A stretch of DNA of 64,000 nucleotides from Eledone cirrhosa (taxonomy: Eukaryota). This document shows, one piece after another, positions 25,070 through 37,669 of the stretch (the stretch's first letter is position 1; the number at the start of each line of letters is the position of its first letter). A program made the position numbers and the translations under genes. The stretch spans positions 9,176,001 through 9,240,000 of the forward strand of contig OZ024752.1 of the NCBI GenBank assembly GCA_964016885.1, given 5' to 3'. The notes under the pieces are model-generated. The model saw only the letters and a list, made by a program, of their open reading frames with translations. It did no database searches and was not told the DNA's origin.

Positions 25070-25907
25070 TAAATAATACAAAAAATAAATTATATTCAGA
25101 TATAAGGTAAATCTAAATGTGCTAAACATGTCACAAAAGAGATTTTATGGAGGGAAGAGTAAATGGAATGATTCTGAGCAAGAATCATCAGATACAAAAT
25201 TCAAGTTCAATTTATGTCACATTAATAGATTTAATAAATGATGTTAATGACAATATATAGAGGGCTGATAACTTATTAATATAACTGTTTCTTGTAAAAA
25301 TATTATGCTCTTACCAATATACAATAAAATTGTGGTATTAGATAATAATCAAACTGTAATATCCTGTATCTGTGTGTAGACATACAAAATATATTGTAAT
25401 ACTTTATAAGATCTACAAAATCATTGTTGCTTTATAAGAGAAAGGCAACTTTCTAACAATAGGAAGTTGAGGAAACAGTGTTAGTTTTTTCAACATTGTT
25501 GCTGATATTGTGAGAAATAGCAGCCAAATCTCACCTTACTGTTTTTCAGATCATTGTTTAAATCTAGTGACATGAAAATAATATATTAGATAAGGGTCAT
25601 CTTAACTAAACTGTAATCCTTATAGGTTTGCTTCATTAGGGATGACTTAGGAATACATAACAACAAATAGGGAGAGGGAAAACAGATTTTATCAAAGAAC
25701 AAATGAATAATTGAGTAGTTTCTACTGTGTTTTCGGATGAACCAATTAACTTCAACTGTAAACATTATTTTTAGTTGTTTTACTTCTTTTACATCTAAAA
25801 TTGAGTTTATGCATTGAATTCTTCAAATCCAGAATTATTCAGGAATAATGTACCTGGTGACAATCAAAACTTTAATCTATTTATATTCTAAAGATCAGTT
25901 TGATATT

Positions 25908-26113
25908 GGTTTCTGCTTTAGGCACAAGGCCAACAATTTTGGGGGAAGGGAAAGTCGATTAAATTGACCCCAGTGCATTACCAGTACTTATTTTTTTTAT
26001 CCCATAAGGATGAAAGGCAAAGCTAACCTCAGCAGGATTTGAACTCAGAACGTAACTCTATGCCACTATGTATGTTATCTGACGCTCTACCGATTCTGCC
26101 AAATCACCACCCT
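25908..26113 (-). mobile_element. tRNA-derived SINE
   Basis: Paralog of 5510-5716. Confidence 0.75.
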
Positions 26114-26194
26114 AAAGAAGAGTTGAATATTAAACAGAAGTGTTTATTTTAATTTTAAAAAAAACCTCTCATGGTAAATATTTAAATTATTACT

Positions 26195-26718
26195 TTGCAC
26201 TTGATAGGTTTGATGCTAAGTGCTGCATGGCTGCAATGAAAATCAGTGCTGCAGAAACTGAGACACTTGTCCTCTTAAGGCAGCCTGCGCAATGTATTCT
26301 ATATGTGAGTGGAGTTCCACTGAAGCAGATGGAGAAGTTCAAGTATCTCAGAGCCATGTTCACAAGTGATGGAAGGCAGGTGGCTGAATTAAGTGCAACA
26401 ATTGCAGGAGCTGAAACTGTAATACATCAGCTTCAGAATTTGGTAATCAAAAGAAGCGAGGTAGGTGTAAAAGCCAAACTCACTATCTTCAATTTGGTAT
26501 TCATGCCAACCCTTATCTATGGCCATAAATCTTGGCAAATACAAGTGGCCGAAATGGGGTTCCTCTGAAGGGTCTCTGGAGTAACATTACTCGATAGAGT
26601 GTATAGCTCGGAGATCAGAGTCACTCCAGGTAGAACTGCTACTTCTCCAGATTGAGAGATCACAGCTCTGATAATATGGGCATATGGTTAGAATGTCTCA
26701 GGGAAGAATTGGTGAGCA
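26195..26718 (+). mobile_element. Old RTE-like LINE fragment
   Basis: ORF 26140-26568 contains EKFKYL and PTLIYGHKSW. Confidence 0.7.
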
Positions 26719-26771
26719 AGAAGAAGGAGGAGGAGGAGGAGGAGGAAAGGGAGGAGGAGAAGAAGAAGGAG

Positions 26772-26817
<46 letters not shown>

Positions 26818-27013
26818 ATGTGTTGATTTTTGACAGCTATGGTATAAATGTCTGTAATTTCAAGCTATCTATATTGTCAGGATATTTGTTAGGGAAATAA
26901 TGCGAAATGTGTTATTATGTAAACATTATTTATTTCAATATAATAAAGAAATATTATTAGAAAGATGAAAATACAAATATAAATGATATAAATAATTATT
27001 ATTTAGTACTTAC

Positions 27014-27292
27014 TAAATAATGGAACAACTATAAATTTTGTGAACGCAGTCTTGTTGAAACAGGAAATGTCTACGTTAAAGGTGGAAAGAAGGGTGAAGT
27101 GTAAAATATTTGGTTTACTGGACTCCACAGATGCGTGAAACTTATTATGTACAATAGGCTTCCAATTAGGACTATTAGTGTTCACAGCTCCCACCTTCCA
27201 GGATGTAATTGTCTCTGGATCATCAACAGGACATTGGAAAATTAGGTTTTCATTTACCCTGTGAAATTTTGTACCACCTTCTGTGATAGGAA
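27014..27292 (-). CDS. Ig-like domain exon B, copy 2
   Basis: ttttgttctttttcag acceptor, A|gtaagt donor, 279 nt, phase 1-1. Has the LIFQC...SW...DISC Cys-Trp-Cys pattern. Confidence 0.75.
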
Positions 27293-27957
27293 CTGAAAAA
27301 GAACAAAACAAAATATATATATATATACAATTGATTACGTTCTTTAATTTTTCTAATGGAAGAGGAACAATTTGAAATAAATTAAAATATTATGGATTAC
27401 ACAGAATTAATTGGAAAATAAATGTTTTATGTATATTTTAAAGCTAAATACAGATATAGTTATTGAGGACTAATGGAATGGAATAAAATATGAATGTCAG
27501 GTTGAAATCCTGCCAATATTTCACAATGGATATCGAAAATATCACATTGGTGTGAAAGACTAAAAAACTATAATGACATCTACTGATAATAGGAAACACT
27601 GTTTGTAAAATAAATGGAAATATCAGCCTGAAAGCAGACATTCGAATATTAAAGGACATACAACTGCTGAACTGGGCATCCCATAAGATGGTCATCCTGG
27701 TGACATAAGAAAAAAGCACCCAGTCCATCATGTAACATGGATGTGCTGGTGACACCAAAAAGGTATCCAGTCTGCCCTGTAAGATGGTTGTGCTGGTGAC
27801 ATGATGAAAAAGCACTAAGTTCAACCTGTTAGATGACCTTTCTGGTGCCACAATAAAAGCACCCAGTCCACACTGTAACGGGTTTGGCCTTAGAAAGATC
27901 ATCCAGATGAAGAAACCAAACCAAAATACAAATACAAGACATGGTCACTTTATATAA

Positions 27958-28908
27958 TAAACTACTGGATATTGGAGGAAACAGTTTGGTCTTTCACACA
28001 CTCCACCTTATACTATAAACTACTGGATGTTGGAGGAAGCAGTGTGATATTTCACAAATTCCACCTTATACAATAAACTACTGGATATTGGAGGAAACAG
28101 TGTGATATTTCACACATTCCACCTTATACGATAAACTACTGGATATTGGAGGAAACAGTGTGATATTTCACACACTCCACCTTATACAATAAACTACTGG
28201 ATATTGGAGGAAACAGTGTGATATTTCACACACTCCACCTTATACAATAAACTACTGGATATTGGAGGAAACAGTGTGATATTTCACACATTCCACATTA
28301 TACAATAAACTACTGGTTATTGGAGGAAACAGTGTGATATTTCACACACTCCACCTTATACAATAAACTACTGGATATTGGAGGAAAGTTTGATATTTCA
28401 CACATCCCACTTTATACAATAAACTACTGGATATTGGGGGAAACAGTGTGATATTTCACACATTCCACCTTATACAATAAACTACTGGATATTGGAGGAA
28501 ACAGTGTGATATTTCATACACTCCACCTTATACAATAAACTACTGGATATTGGAGGAAACAGTGTGATACTTAACACATTCCACCTTATACAATAAACTA
28601 CTGGATATTGGAGGAAATAGTGTGATATTTCACACATTCCACCTTATACAATAAACTACTGGATATTGGAGGAAACAGTGTGATATTTCACACATTCCAC
28701 CTTATACAATAAACTACTGGATATTGGAGGAAACAGTGTGATATTTCACACATTCCACCTTATACAATAAACTACTGGATATTGGAGGAAACAGTGTGAT
28801 ATTTCACACATTCCACCTTATACAATAAACTACTGGATATTGGAGAAAACAGTGTGATATTTCATACACTCCACCTTATACAATATACTGGATATTGGAG
28901 GAAACATT
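27958..28908. repeat. 58-bp minisatellite (~16 units)
   Basis: Same unit as 7715-9246. Confidence 0.95.
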
Positions 28909-29450
28909 GTGCATGTGAGTGATGTTGAGGTCCTTGAGAGAAGTGAGTGTTGGAGCATTGAGAGTATGATCCACCAACGGCGTTTGTGATGGACTGGACA
29001 CCTCTGCAGAATGGAGGATGATCGAATCCCAAAACAACTCTTGTATTGCGAGCTTTGTGAGGGTAAGAGACCACCTCACAAGCCAAGGCTCCGATTCAAG
29101 GACTCATTGAAAAAAACTGATTTGATGATGGCTGACTGAGAGATAGAAGCTCTAGAAAGAGAAACTTGGCGTGGAATGGTGAATGATGGGGTCCATAATC
29201 TTGAGGACAGACGCATAGAGTACGAGAAGATCAAACGGGATGTGCATAAGCAATGGCCTAGAGTATTTCTCGAAATGATCAGTCTCTCCATTAAATAGAA
29301 GTGCCCTGAGTGTGGAAAGATTTGCTTGAGCAAATCTGGTCTCAGGAGCCACATTCGCAGCCATGTTCAAAGAGAACCAGTGAACTATGATCTCCACGGT
29401 GTTGTGAGGGTTCATGGGCAACCTGATTTAGGACCTCAAGTCAGGGAGAT
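28909..29450 (+). mobile_element. RTE/BovB-like LINE 3' fragment
   Basis: Paralog of 9247-9786. Confidence 0.75.
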
Positions 29451-29482
29451 ACATATATACATATATATATATTTATATTTAC

Positions 29483-29517
<35 letters not shown>

Positions 29518-29521
29518 AATT

Positions 29522-29577
<56 letters not shown>

Positions 29578-29578
<1 letters not shown>

Positions 29579-32396
29579 CATGAAGACATCGCATCTCAGA
29601 GTTGCAACACTTAATGTTGGCACTCTCAGAAGTAGATCTGCTGAAATAGAGGAGATGCTGGAGAGAAGGCATGTGTGGATGTGTGTTGCATGCAAGAGGT
29701 GAGATGGGGAGGTGCCTCTGCGAGACTAGTCGTAGGCAAACGTCTTAGCTATAAGCTATTCTGGGTAGGTAAGGATGATGGGTTAGGGGGAGTAGGCATT
29801 TTCCTGGCTGAGAAATGGATCAATAAGACAATAGAGGTAGTTCGAGTTAGTAATTGAATAATTAAGCTTAGTTTAGTTGTAGGCAGGAGACTACTGACAA
29901 TCATCTCGGCCTATGCTCCTAAAGCAGGCCTAGGCAAAGATGAGAAAGACTGCTTTTACGAGCAACTTTTACAAACAACCGCAATGACAGAGGATGGAGA
30001 CATCGTTATGCTAGCAGGAGACTTCAATGCTCATGTTGGACAGCTCCAGGATGGTTACACTGGGGTACATGGTGAGCACGGTTACGGCTCAAGAAATGAA
30101 GAAAGAGTGAGACTTCTTGAATTTTGTGATGCAGGTACATTGACTATTTGCAACACAAACTTCCAGAAACCTGCCAATCACCTAATAACCTACAAATCTG
30201 GTGAGCACATAAGCCAGATTGACTTCTTACTAGTTAGGCAGCAGGACAGACAGATAGTGTCTAATACCAAGGCATACCCTGGGGAAGAATGTACCCCACA
30301 GCATAGGTTAGTCGTTAGTGATATCTCAGTAAGCAAGAGATAGAATGAGACATACAGGAAGGTGTGGAGAAGAAAGGTCTGGAAGCTAAAAGACCTTTCA
30401 CTAAAATACAAATTTAGGAAAGCCCTTCAAGATGTATATGACGAAAAAGAAGTCGATTTAGAGACGTATGACATAGATAATAACTGGAATTTCTTATGTG
30501 ACAACTTGCTGGAGGCTACTGATGAAACTTGTGGCTAGAGCAGAGCTCCAACCAGACAGAGAGTGACCTGGTGGTGGAACAGCACAGTAGATAAGGCCAT
30601 TAGAGACAAAAGACTAGCATGGAAGGCTTGGAAAAAGGGTGGGAGTAGGGAAGAATATACAGCCACTAAGAGAGAAGCTAGACGTCAGGTGTACTTAGCA
30701 CGCAGGGAGGCGGAGAGTAGGAGGTTTGCCAATGTTCTGAGATGGGAAGAGCAGAGGCGTGCAGTATTCCACATTGCAAGGCAGTGTGTCAATGCAAATC
30801 AGGATGTTGTTGGAGATAAATGTGTCCGGGATGATGCCGGTGTACTTAGTGTCACGAATGATCAGAAAAAGGAGGCCTGGAAATGTCATTATGAGAGACT
30901 GATGAATGTGGAGAACGAATGGGAGAGAGAGAAATTACCCTTAGTAGATCCGACAGAGGGACCAGCTATTGAGATTGACGAATATAGGGTCCAAGAAGCG
31001 ATTAGGAAAATGAAAAATGGTAAGGCTGCTGGACCATCGGGAATAGTTGCTGAGATGCTGAAGGCATCAGGGGACGTAGGCACTAAACTGGTTGCACGCA
31101 TCATCAATCAGGCTATATATGGTGGTGTCATACCCAAAGACTGGTGCAGCAGTATTCTCATAAATTGCTACAAAGGTAAAGGGGATGCTCTGGAGAGGAG
31201 CAATTATAGGGGTATAAAACTGATGGATCAGCCGCAAAGTCAACATGACAATGACTAAGGTCCTTTTAAGTAGACGAGAAAACAGAACCCAGATCCCCTC
31301 AGGGAAATGGCCTTGCTCAGTATGTAGGAAAGGTGTAGGTAGGAACTCCATTCTCTGCTCCAAATGCAAACAATGGGTACACAAGAGATGTAGCGGGATC
31401 TCAGGAAGCTTAATTAAGAATGTAGGCTTCACATGTAGCAGCTGTGCTGGGACAGCAAGCAGCAAACAGCCACAGGAAACAAGTACCACCAATCTCTAGG
31501 AGGGCTCTGTAGAAACATTAGACAGCTTCTGCTACCTAGGTGACCGAATTAGCAGCGGAGGTGGGTGTTCAGAAAGTAAAATAACTAGGGTAAGAACGGG
31601 ATGGAAGAAGTTTAGGGAACTACTACCACTGCTAGCTGCAAAAGACTTCTCCCTCAGAATGAAAGCAGACTGCATGATGCGTGTATCCGAAAAGCAATGT
31701 TGCATGGTAGTGAGACCTGAGTGCTGAAGGTGGAAGACTTACGCAGATTAGAGAGAAACGAAGCCTGCATGCTCCGATGGATGTGTAACAGTAATATACG
31801 TGAACGACAAAGCATAAATGCATTGAGAGAGAGACTGAGCATAAGAAGAATCAAATGCTGCGTGCAGGAGAGGCGGTTGTGCTGGTATGGACATGTGATG
31901 ACAGCTGCATAAAAAGGTGCAGAGCACTAGAAGTCGATAGAAACGCGGAGTGCGGAGACCCAAGAAGACCTGGGATGAGGTGATAAAAGCCGACCTTACC
32001 CAATTACACCTCTCAAAGGCAATGACACACGACCGTGACCTCTGCGTCACGCAGTAATACAGAGTACCCGACCTCCCATGGGTACAAACTGAAGCATATA
32101 AACAATAAGTCCCCACACCCCCCACCACAAGGTGGTCGTGGAGGTGCCACGGCAAAGAAGCACCCAGCCCACACTGTAAAGTGGACGTGTAGGCGCCACG
32201 AAAAAGCACCCAGCACTCACTGTAAATGAGGTTGGTGTTAGGAAGGGCATCCAGCTGTAGAAATCAAGCCAAATCAGTTCCTGTATGAGCAAGGCATGGT
32301 CAGCCGACCAGACACTGCCCACAACAGGACAACCCGTCTAACCCATGCTAGCATGGAAGAACGGACGTAAAACGGTGATGATGATGATGATGATGA
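29578..32396 (+). mobile_element. Chimeric RTE: family C 5' part fused by deletion to family B 3' part
   Basis: Family C sequence runs to ...AAACTGATGGATCA (about 31230) and continues directly with GCCGCAAAGTCAACATG, which matches about 12691 in family B. Confidence 0.85.
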
Positions 32397-32566
32397 TAAA
32401 TATATACATACATACATACATATATAAATATATATATACATACATATATAAATATATATATACATATATAAATATATATATACATACAGACATATATAAA
32501 TATATATATACATACATACATATATAAATATATATATACATACATATATAAATATATATGTATGTA

Positions 32567-34032
32567 TACAACTAATCAGAGAGAGAATTGATCTAGATGA
32601 AATGCAGTTCGGGTTTGTGTCAGGCAAAAGTACCACAGACGCTCTTTTCATTGTACGACAACTACAGGAGAAGTACCTAGCTAAAAGTAAACCCCTATAC
32701 TTAGCTTTTGTCGACTTGGAGAAAGCCTTCAACAGAGTCCTCCGTTCCATTATCTGGTGGGCTCTTAGAAAACTAGGTGTTGATGAATGGCTTGTGAGAG
32801 CTATACAAGCCATGTATAAAGAAACAGTGAGCAAGGTTAGAATTAACAACGAATATAGTGAAGAGTTTAGCGTAAAAGTTGGTGTTCATCAGGGCTCTGT
32901 TCTTAGCCACGTACTATTTATTATTGCCCTTCAGGCTATAACAGTGGAGTTCAAGACCGGCTGCCCATGGGAACTCCTATATGCAGATGATCTAATGCTC
33001 ATAGCTGAATCAATGGCCGAGTTAGAGAAGAAATTCCAAACATGGAAGCACGGCCTAGAATCAAAAGGCCTTAAAATTAACCTGGCTAAGACTAAAGTTC
33101 TAGTTTGTAGGAAAGAAAATAAGGCGCCGGTCCTTTCTGGGAAATGGCCATGCTCAGTGTGTAGGAAAGGCGTAGGTAGAAACTCCATTTTATGTCCCAA
33201 ATGCAAAGTATGGGTGCATAAAAGATGTAGTGGGATCACAGGTAAGCTAACTAAGAACATAGATTTTACATGTGGCCGGTGCTCTGGTGCAATAAGTAGC
33301 AGCAAGTGCCCACAGAATACTAGCTCCTTCAATTGCGCAGAGGGTTCTATAGAAATAGTGGACAGCTTCCGTTACCTGGGTGACAAAATCAGCAGTGGGG
33401 AAGGGTGCTCTGAAAGTACAGTAGCTAGAGTCAGAACTGGATGAAAAAAGTTCAGATAGCTTATACCACTATTAGCCGCTAAAGGGTTCTCCCTAAAAAT
33501 GAAAGGCAGGCTGTATGACGCCTGCATACGAACAGCAATGTTGCCTGGCAGTGAGACCTAGGCATTGTGTGCAGAGGATATACGCAGACTAGAGAGGGAC
33601 GAAGCTTGCATGCTCCGCTGGATGTGTTATAGTAATATACGTGAACGGTAAAGCATAAACGAACTAAGGGAAAAATTAGAAATAAGAGGGATCAGATGTT
33701 GTTTACTCGAGAGAAGGCTACGTTGGTATGGTCACGTGATGCGCACGAAAGACAACAGCTGTATAACAAAGTGCAGGGCAATAAAAATAGACGGTAGCCA
33801 CGGAGTAGGCAGACCCAGAAAAACCTGGGACGACCTGATAAATTCCGACCTCACACACTTACACCTCTCCAAGACAATGTCACTGGACCGAGATCTTTGG
33901 CGGTACTCAGTTATAGAGAAGACCCGCCTTACCTAAATACAAAGTAAAACCTACTACAGTCAGTAGGCATCTCTAACAAAATACACCCCCACCCCATCCA
34001 CACCGCCCCTTTCAATGTAAAGTTATGTTGGT
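32567..34032 (+). mobile_element. 5'-truncated RTE LINE (family A), with stops
   Basis: Paralog of 13998-15462 with the same premature stops. Confidence 0.9.
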
Positions 34033-34034
34033 GC

Positions 34035-34820
34035 CATATATATCCAATGAGGATATCTTCAACCAAGCGGCAGATTACTACAATAGGGCCCCGATAAGCG
34101 CCGGCTTTAACCGAGGAATTTCCTACATCCCTAACCACCCCCCTCATAAAACAAACGTTATAGTAAGCCATACCTATAACCGATCATGCGGCGACCTCGT
34201 TGAAGTCGGATATAATAGAATAGATAACCGCACCAAAGATCACGACCCCGGCGACGGTGACCACTGTAGATTACTCAAACTATTCCCCTATTACAAAACC
34301 AACAAAGGCGACGGCCTACTACCAACGCCTTCCAACCAACATCTTCGTGTACATAAACATGGAAGAGGTAGCAAGAGTGCACCTGAGCATAAATAGAAAG
34401 GGGCACCGAACGGGCGACTGCGCATTAACACACATAAGAGCGGTCACCTAGATGGAACCACCCGGCGGGCAGGCGCTGCAAAATAACACCCAGGAAACAA
34501 TCCTTGCATACCAGACCCAGCCTCAGACAAACAGATGCGGCTAAAAAAAAAAAAAAAAACAAATTTGCCCGGGAAAGACTGCCCTAACACCGGCCAGAGT
34601 TACCACCCTTGACCTGCTGCAAAATCAAAACAATATATATTTGCGAGCAATGAACCTTGATGTGGATTTAACCCCCAAAACTCTTTCCGAGCAATATAAG
34701 GAACATTTGTGATTATTTATACCCTTGAGAAGCCCAACTGGGCGAAACGTACGTAGGTGCTGTTTTAAATAAACATGTTTTAACGGTCTATTCTCCGATT
34801 TTTTACTTTCCCACGTGCAT
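34035..34820 (+). mobile_element. Penelope-like remnant (paralog of 48-838)
   Basis: Near-identical to the start of the window. Confidence 0.55.
34721..34759 (+). ncRNA. Minimal hammerhead ribozyme, U3-A8 variant
   Basis: Identical to 735-773. Confidence 0.6.
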
Positions 34821-34900
34821 ATACATACATATATATATATACATACATATACATACATACATATATATATACATACATATATATATACATACATATATAT

Positions 34901-34943
<43 letters not shown>

Positions 34944-34995
34944 CATATATATATATATATGTACATACATATATATATATATATGTACATATATA

Positions 34996-35050
<55 letters not shown>

Positions 35051-35319
35051 ATACATACATATATATATATACATACATACATATACATACATATATATAC
35101 ACACAAACATACATATACACACAACCATATATACACACAAACATATATATACATATATATAAGTACACATATATAAACATACATAATATATACATACATA
35201 TATATATACACATACATATATATAAACATACATATATAAACATACATATATACACATACATATATATAAACATACATATATACAAACATACATATATATA
35301 CATACATACATATATATAC

Positions 35320-35350
<31 letters not shown>

Positions 35351-35468
35351 CACATACATATATTTATATATACATACATATATATACATAAACACACACA
35401 CACACATATATACCCACACACACAGATATTCATATACACCCACATATATATTTTTAAAATTAACTTAC

Positions 35469-35780
35469 CATATACTGTGATGTGGTACTTGCTAACATGT
35501 ACAAGAGATCTGCAAATAATACTCATGTTGTCTTCCTGTAGAGTTATATTAATGATAGTCAATGTACAGATAGTATTTTGACAACTAGTTATTTGACGGT
35601 TGCCAAAATATTTATCATTGCCTTGGTCATTCAATCCCAGATATCTAGCAATCATTGATCCATCTTCAGTATACCATATTGTAAAATCTCTCCTGTTTCT
35701 TACACATTTCAATGTGAAGTTTTTATCTTCTATAGCATTTGGTGTTTCAGAACTTGGGTAAAGATTCTTCCCAGTCTCAT
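35469..35780 (-). CDS. Ig-like (V/I-set-like) domain exon A, copy 3
   Basis: tgtttttag acceptor, G|gtaagt donor, 312 nt, phase 1-1, no stops. Has FTLKC, WY and [17 protein letters not shown] Ig signature motifs. Confidence 0.85.
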
Positions 35781-36299
35781 CTAAAAACACAAATTAAGAC
35801 GAGATAAAATAAGAATTAATCCAAAATTTAAGAGAAATTTTAACAATAAATTGAAACAAGCCTAATAGTTCATATTCCATTTGTGTGAAGACAGGCAGGG
35901 CTGTGCTGTTTAGCCCATGAAAGCAGGGAAAGCAGATGTAAAGTATGTTGATGATGATGATGATGATAGTGATGATGAGCATAGTATTAGGGGGAGTGGG
36001 GTGTTATATGGAATTGACTTAGATTTTTAGTTGTTTCTTATGTTACATCACCAGATGTATAACAACAAATAGGGAGAGGATAAACAGATTTTATCAAAGA
36101 ACAAATGAATAATTGAGTAGTTTCTACTGTGAACCAATTAACTTCAACTGTAAACATTATTTTTAGTTGTTTTACTTCTTTTACATCTAAAATTGAGTTT
36201 ATGCATTGAATTCTTCAAATCCAGAATTATTCAGGAATAATGGACCTGGTGACAATCAAAACTTTAATCTATTTATGTTCTAAAGATCAGTTTGATATT

Positions 36300-36505
36300 G
36301 GTTTCTGCTTTAGGCACAAGGCCAACAATTTTGGAGGAAGGGAAAGTCGATTAAATTGACCCCAGTGCATTACCAGTACTTATTTTTTTTATCCCATAAG
36401 GATGAAAGGCAAAGCTAACCTCAGCGGGATTTGAACTCAGAACGTAACTCTATGCCACTATGTATGTTATCTGACGCTCTACCGATTCTGCCAAATCACC
36501 ACCCT
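36300..36505 (-). mobile_element. tRNA-derived SINE
   Basis: Third paralog of 5510-5716. Confidence 0.75.
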
Positions 36506-36577
36506 AAAGAAGAGTTGAATATTAAACAGAAGTGTTTATTTTAATTAAAAAAAAAACCTCTCATGATAAATATTTCA

Positions 36578-36777
36578 NNNNNNNNNNNNNNNNNNNNNNN
36601 NNNNNNNNNNNNNNNNNNNNNNNNNNNNNNNNNNNNNNNNNNNNNNNNNNNNNNNNNNNNNNNNNNNNNNNNNNNNNNNNNNNNNNNNNNNNNNNNNNNN
36701 NNNNNNNNNNNNNNNNNNNNNNNNNNNNNNNNNNNNNNNNNNNNNNNNNNNNNNNNNNNNNNNNNNNNNNNNNNNNN
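36578..36777. other. Assembly gap (200 N)
   Basis: Run of N. Confidence 1.
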
Positions 36778-37662
36778 AACTACTGGATGTTGGAGGAAAC
36801 AGTGTGATATTTCACACATTCCACCTTATACAATAAACTACTGGATATTGGAGGAAACAATGTGATATTTCACACATTCCACCTTATATAATAAACTACT
36901 GGATATTGGAGGGAAACAGTGTGATATTTCACACATTCCACCTTATACAATAAACTACTGGATGTTGGAGGAAACAATGTGATATTTCACACATTCCACC
37001 TTATACAATAAACTACTGTATGTTGGAGGAAACAATGTGATATTTCACACATTCACCTTATACAATAAATTACTGAATGTTGGAGGAAACAACGTGATAT
37101 TTCACACATTCCACCTTATACAATAAACTACTGGATGTTGGAGGAAACAGTGTGATATTTCACACATTCCACCTTATACAATAAACTACTGGATATTGGA
37201 GGAAACAATGTGATATTTCACACATTCCACCTTATATAATAAACTACTGGATATTGGAGGAAACAGTGTGATATTTCACACATTCCACCTTATACAATAA
37301 ACTACTGGATGTTGGAGGAAACAATGTGATATTTCACACATTCCACCTTATACAATAAACTACTGTATGTTGGAGGAAACAATGTGATATTTCACACATT
37401 CCACCTTATACAAATAAATTACTGAATGTTGGAGGAAACAACGTGATATTTCACACATTCCACCTTATACAATAAACTACTGGATGTTGGAGGAAACAGT
37501 GTGATATTTCACACATTCCACCTTATACAATAAACTACTGGATATTGGAGGGAAACAATGTGATATTTCACACACTCCACCTTATACAATAAACTACTGG
37601 ATGTTGGAGGAAACAGTGTGATATTTCACACATTCCACCTTATACAATAAACTACTGGATGG
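36778..37662. repeat. 58-bp minisatellite
   Basis: Same unit; interrupted by the Gypsy element. Confidence 0.95.
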
Positions 37663-37669
37663 TGTTGTT

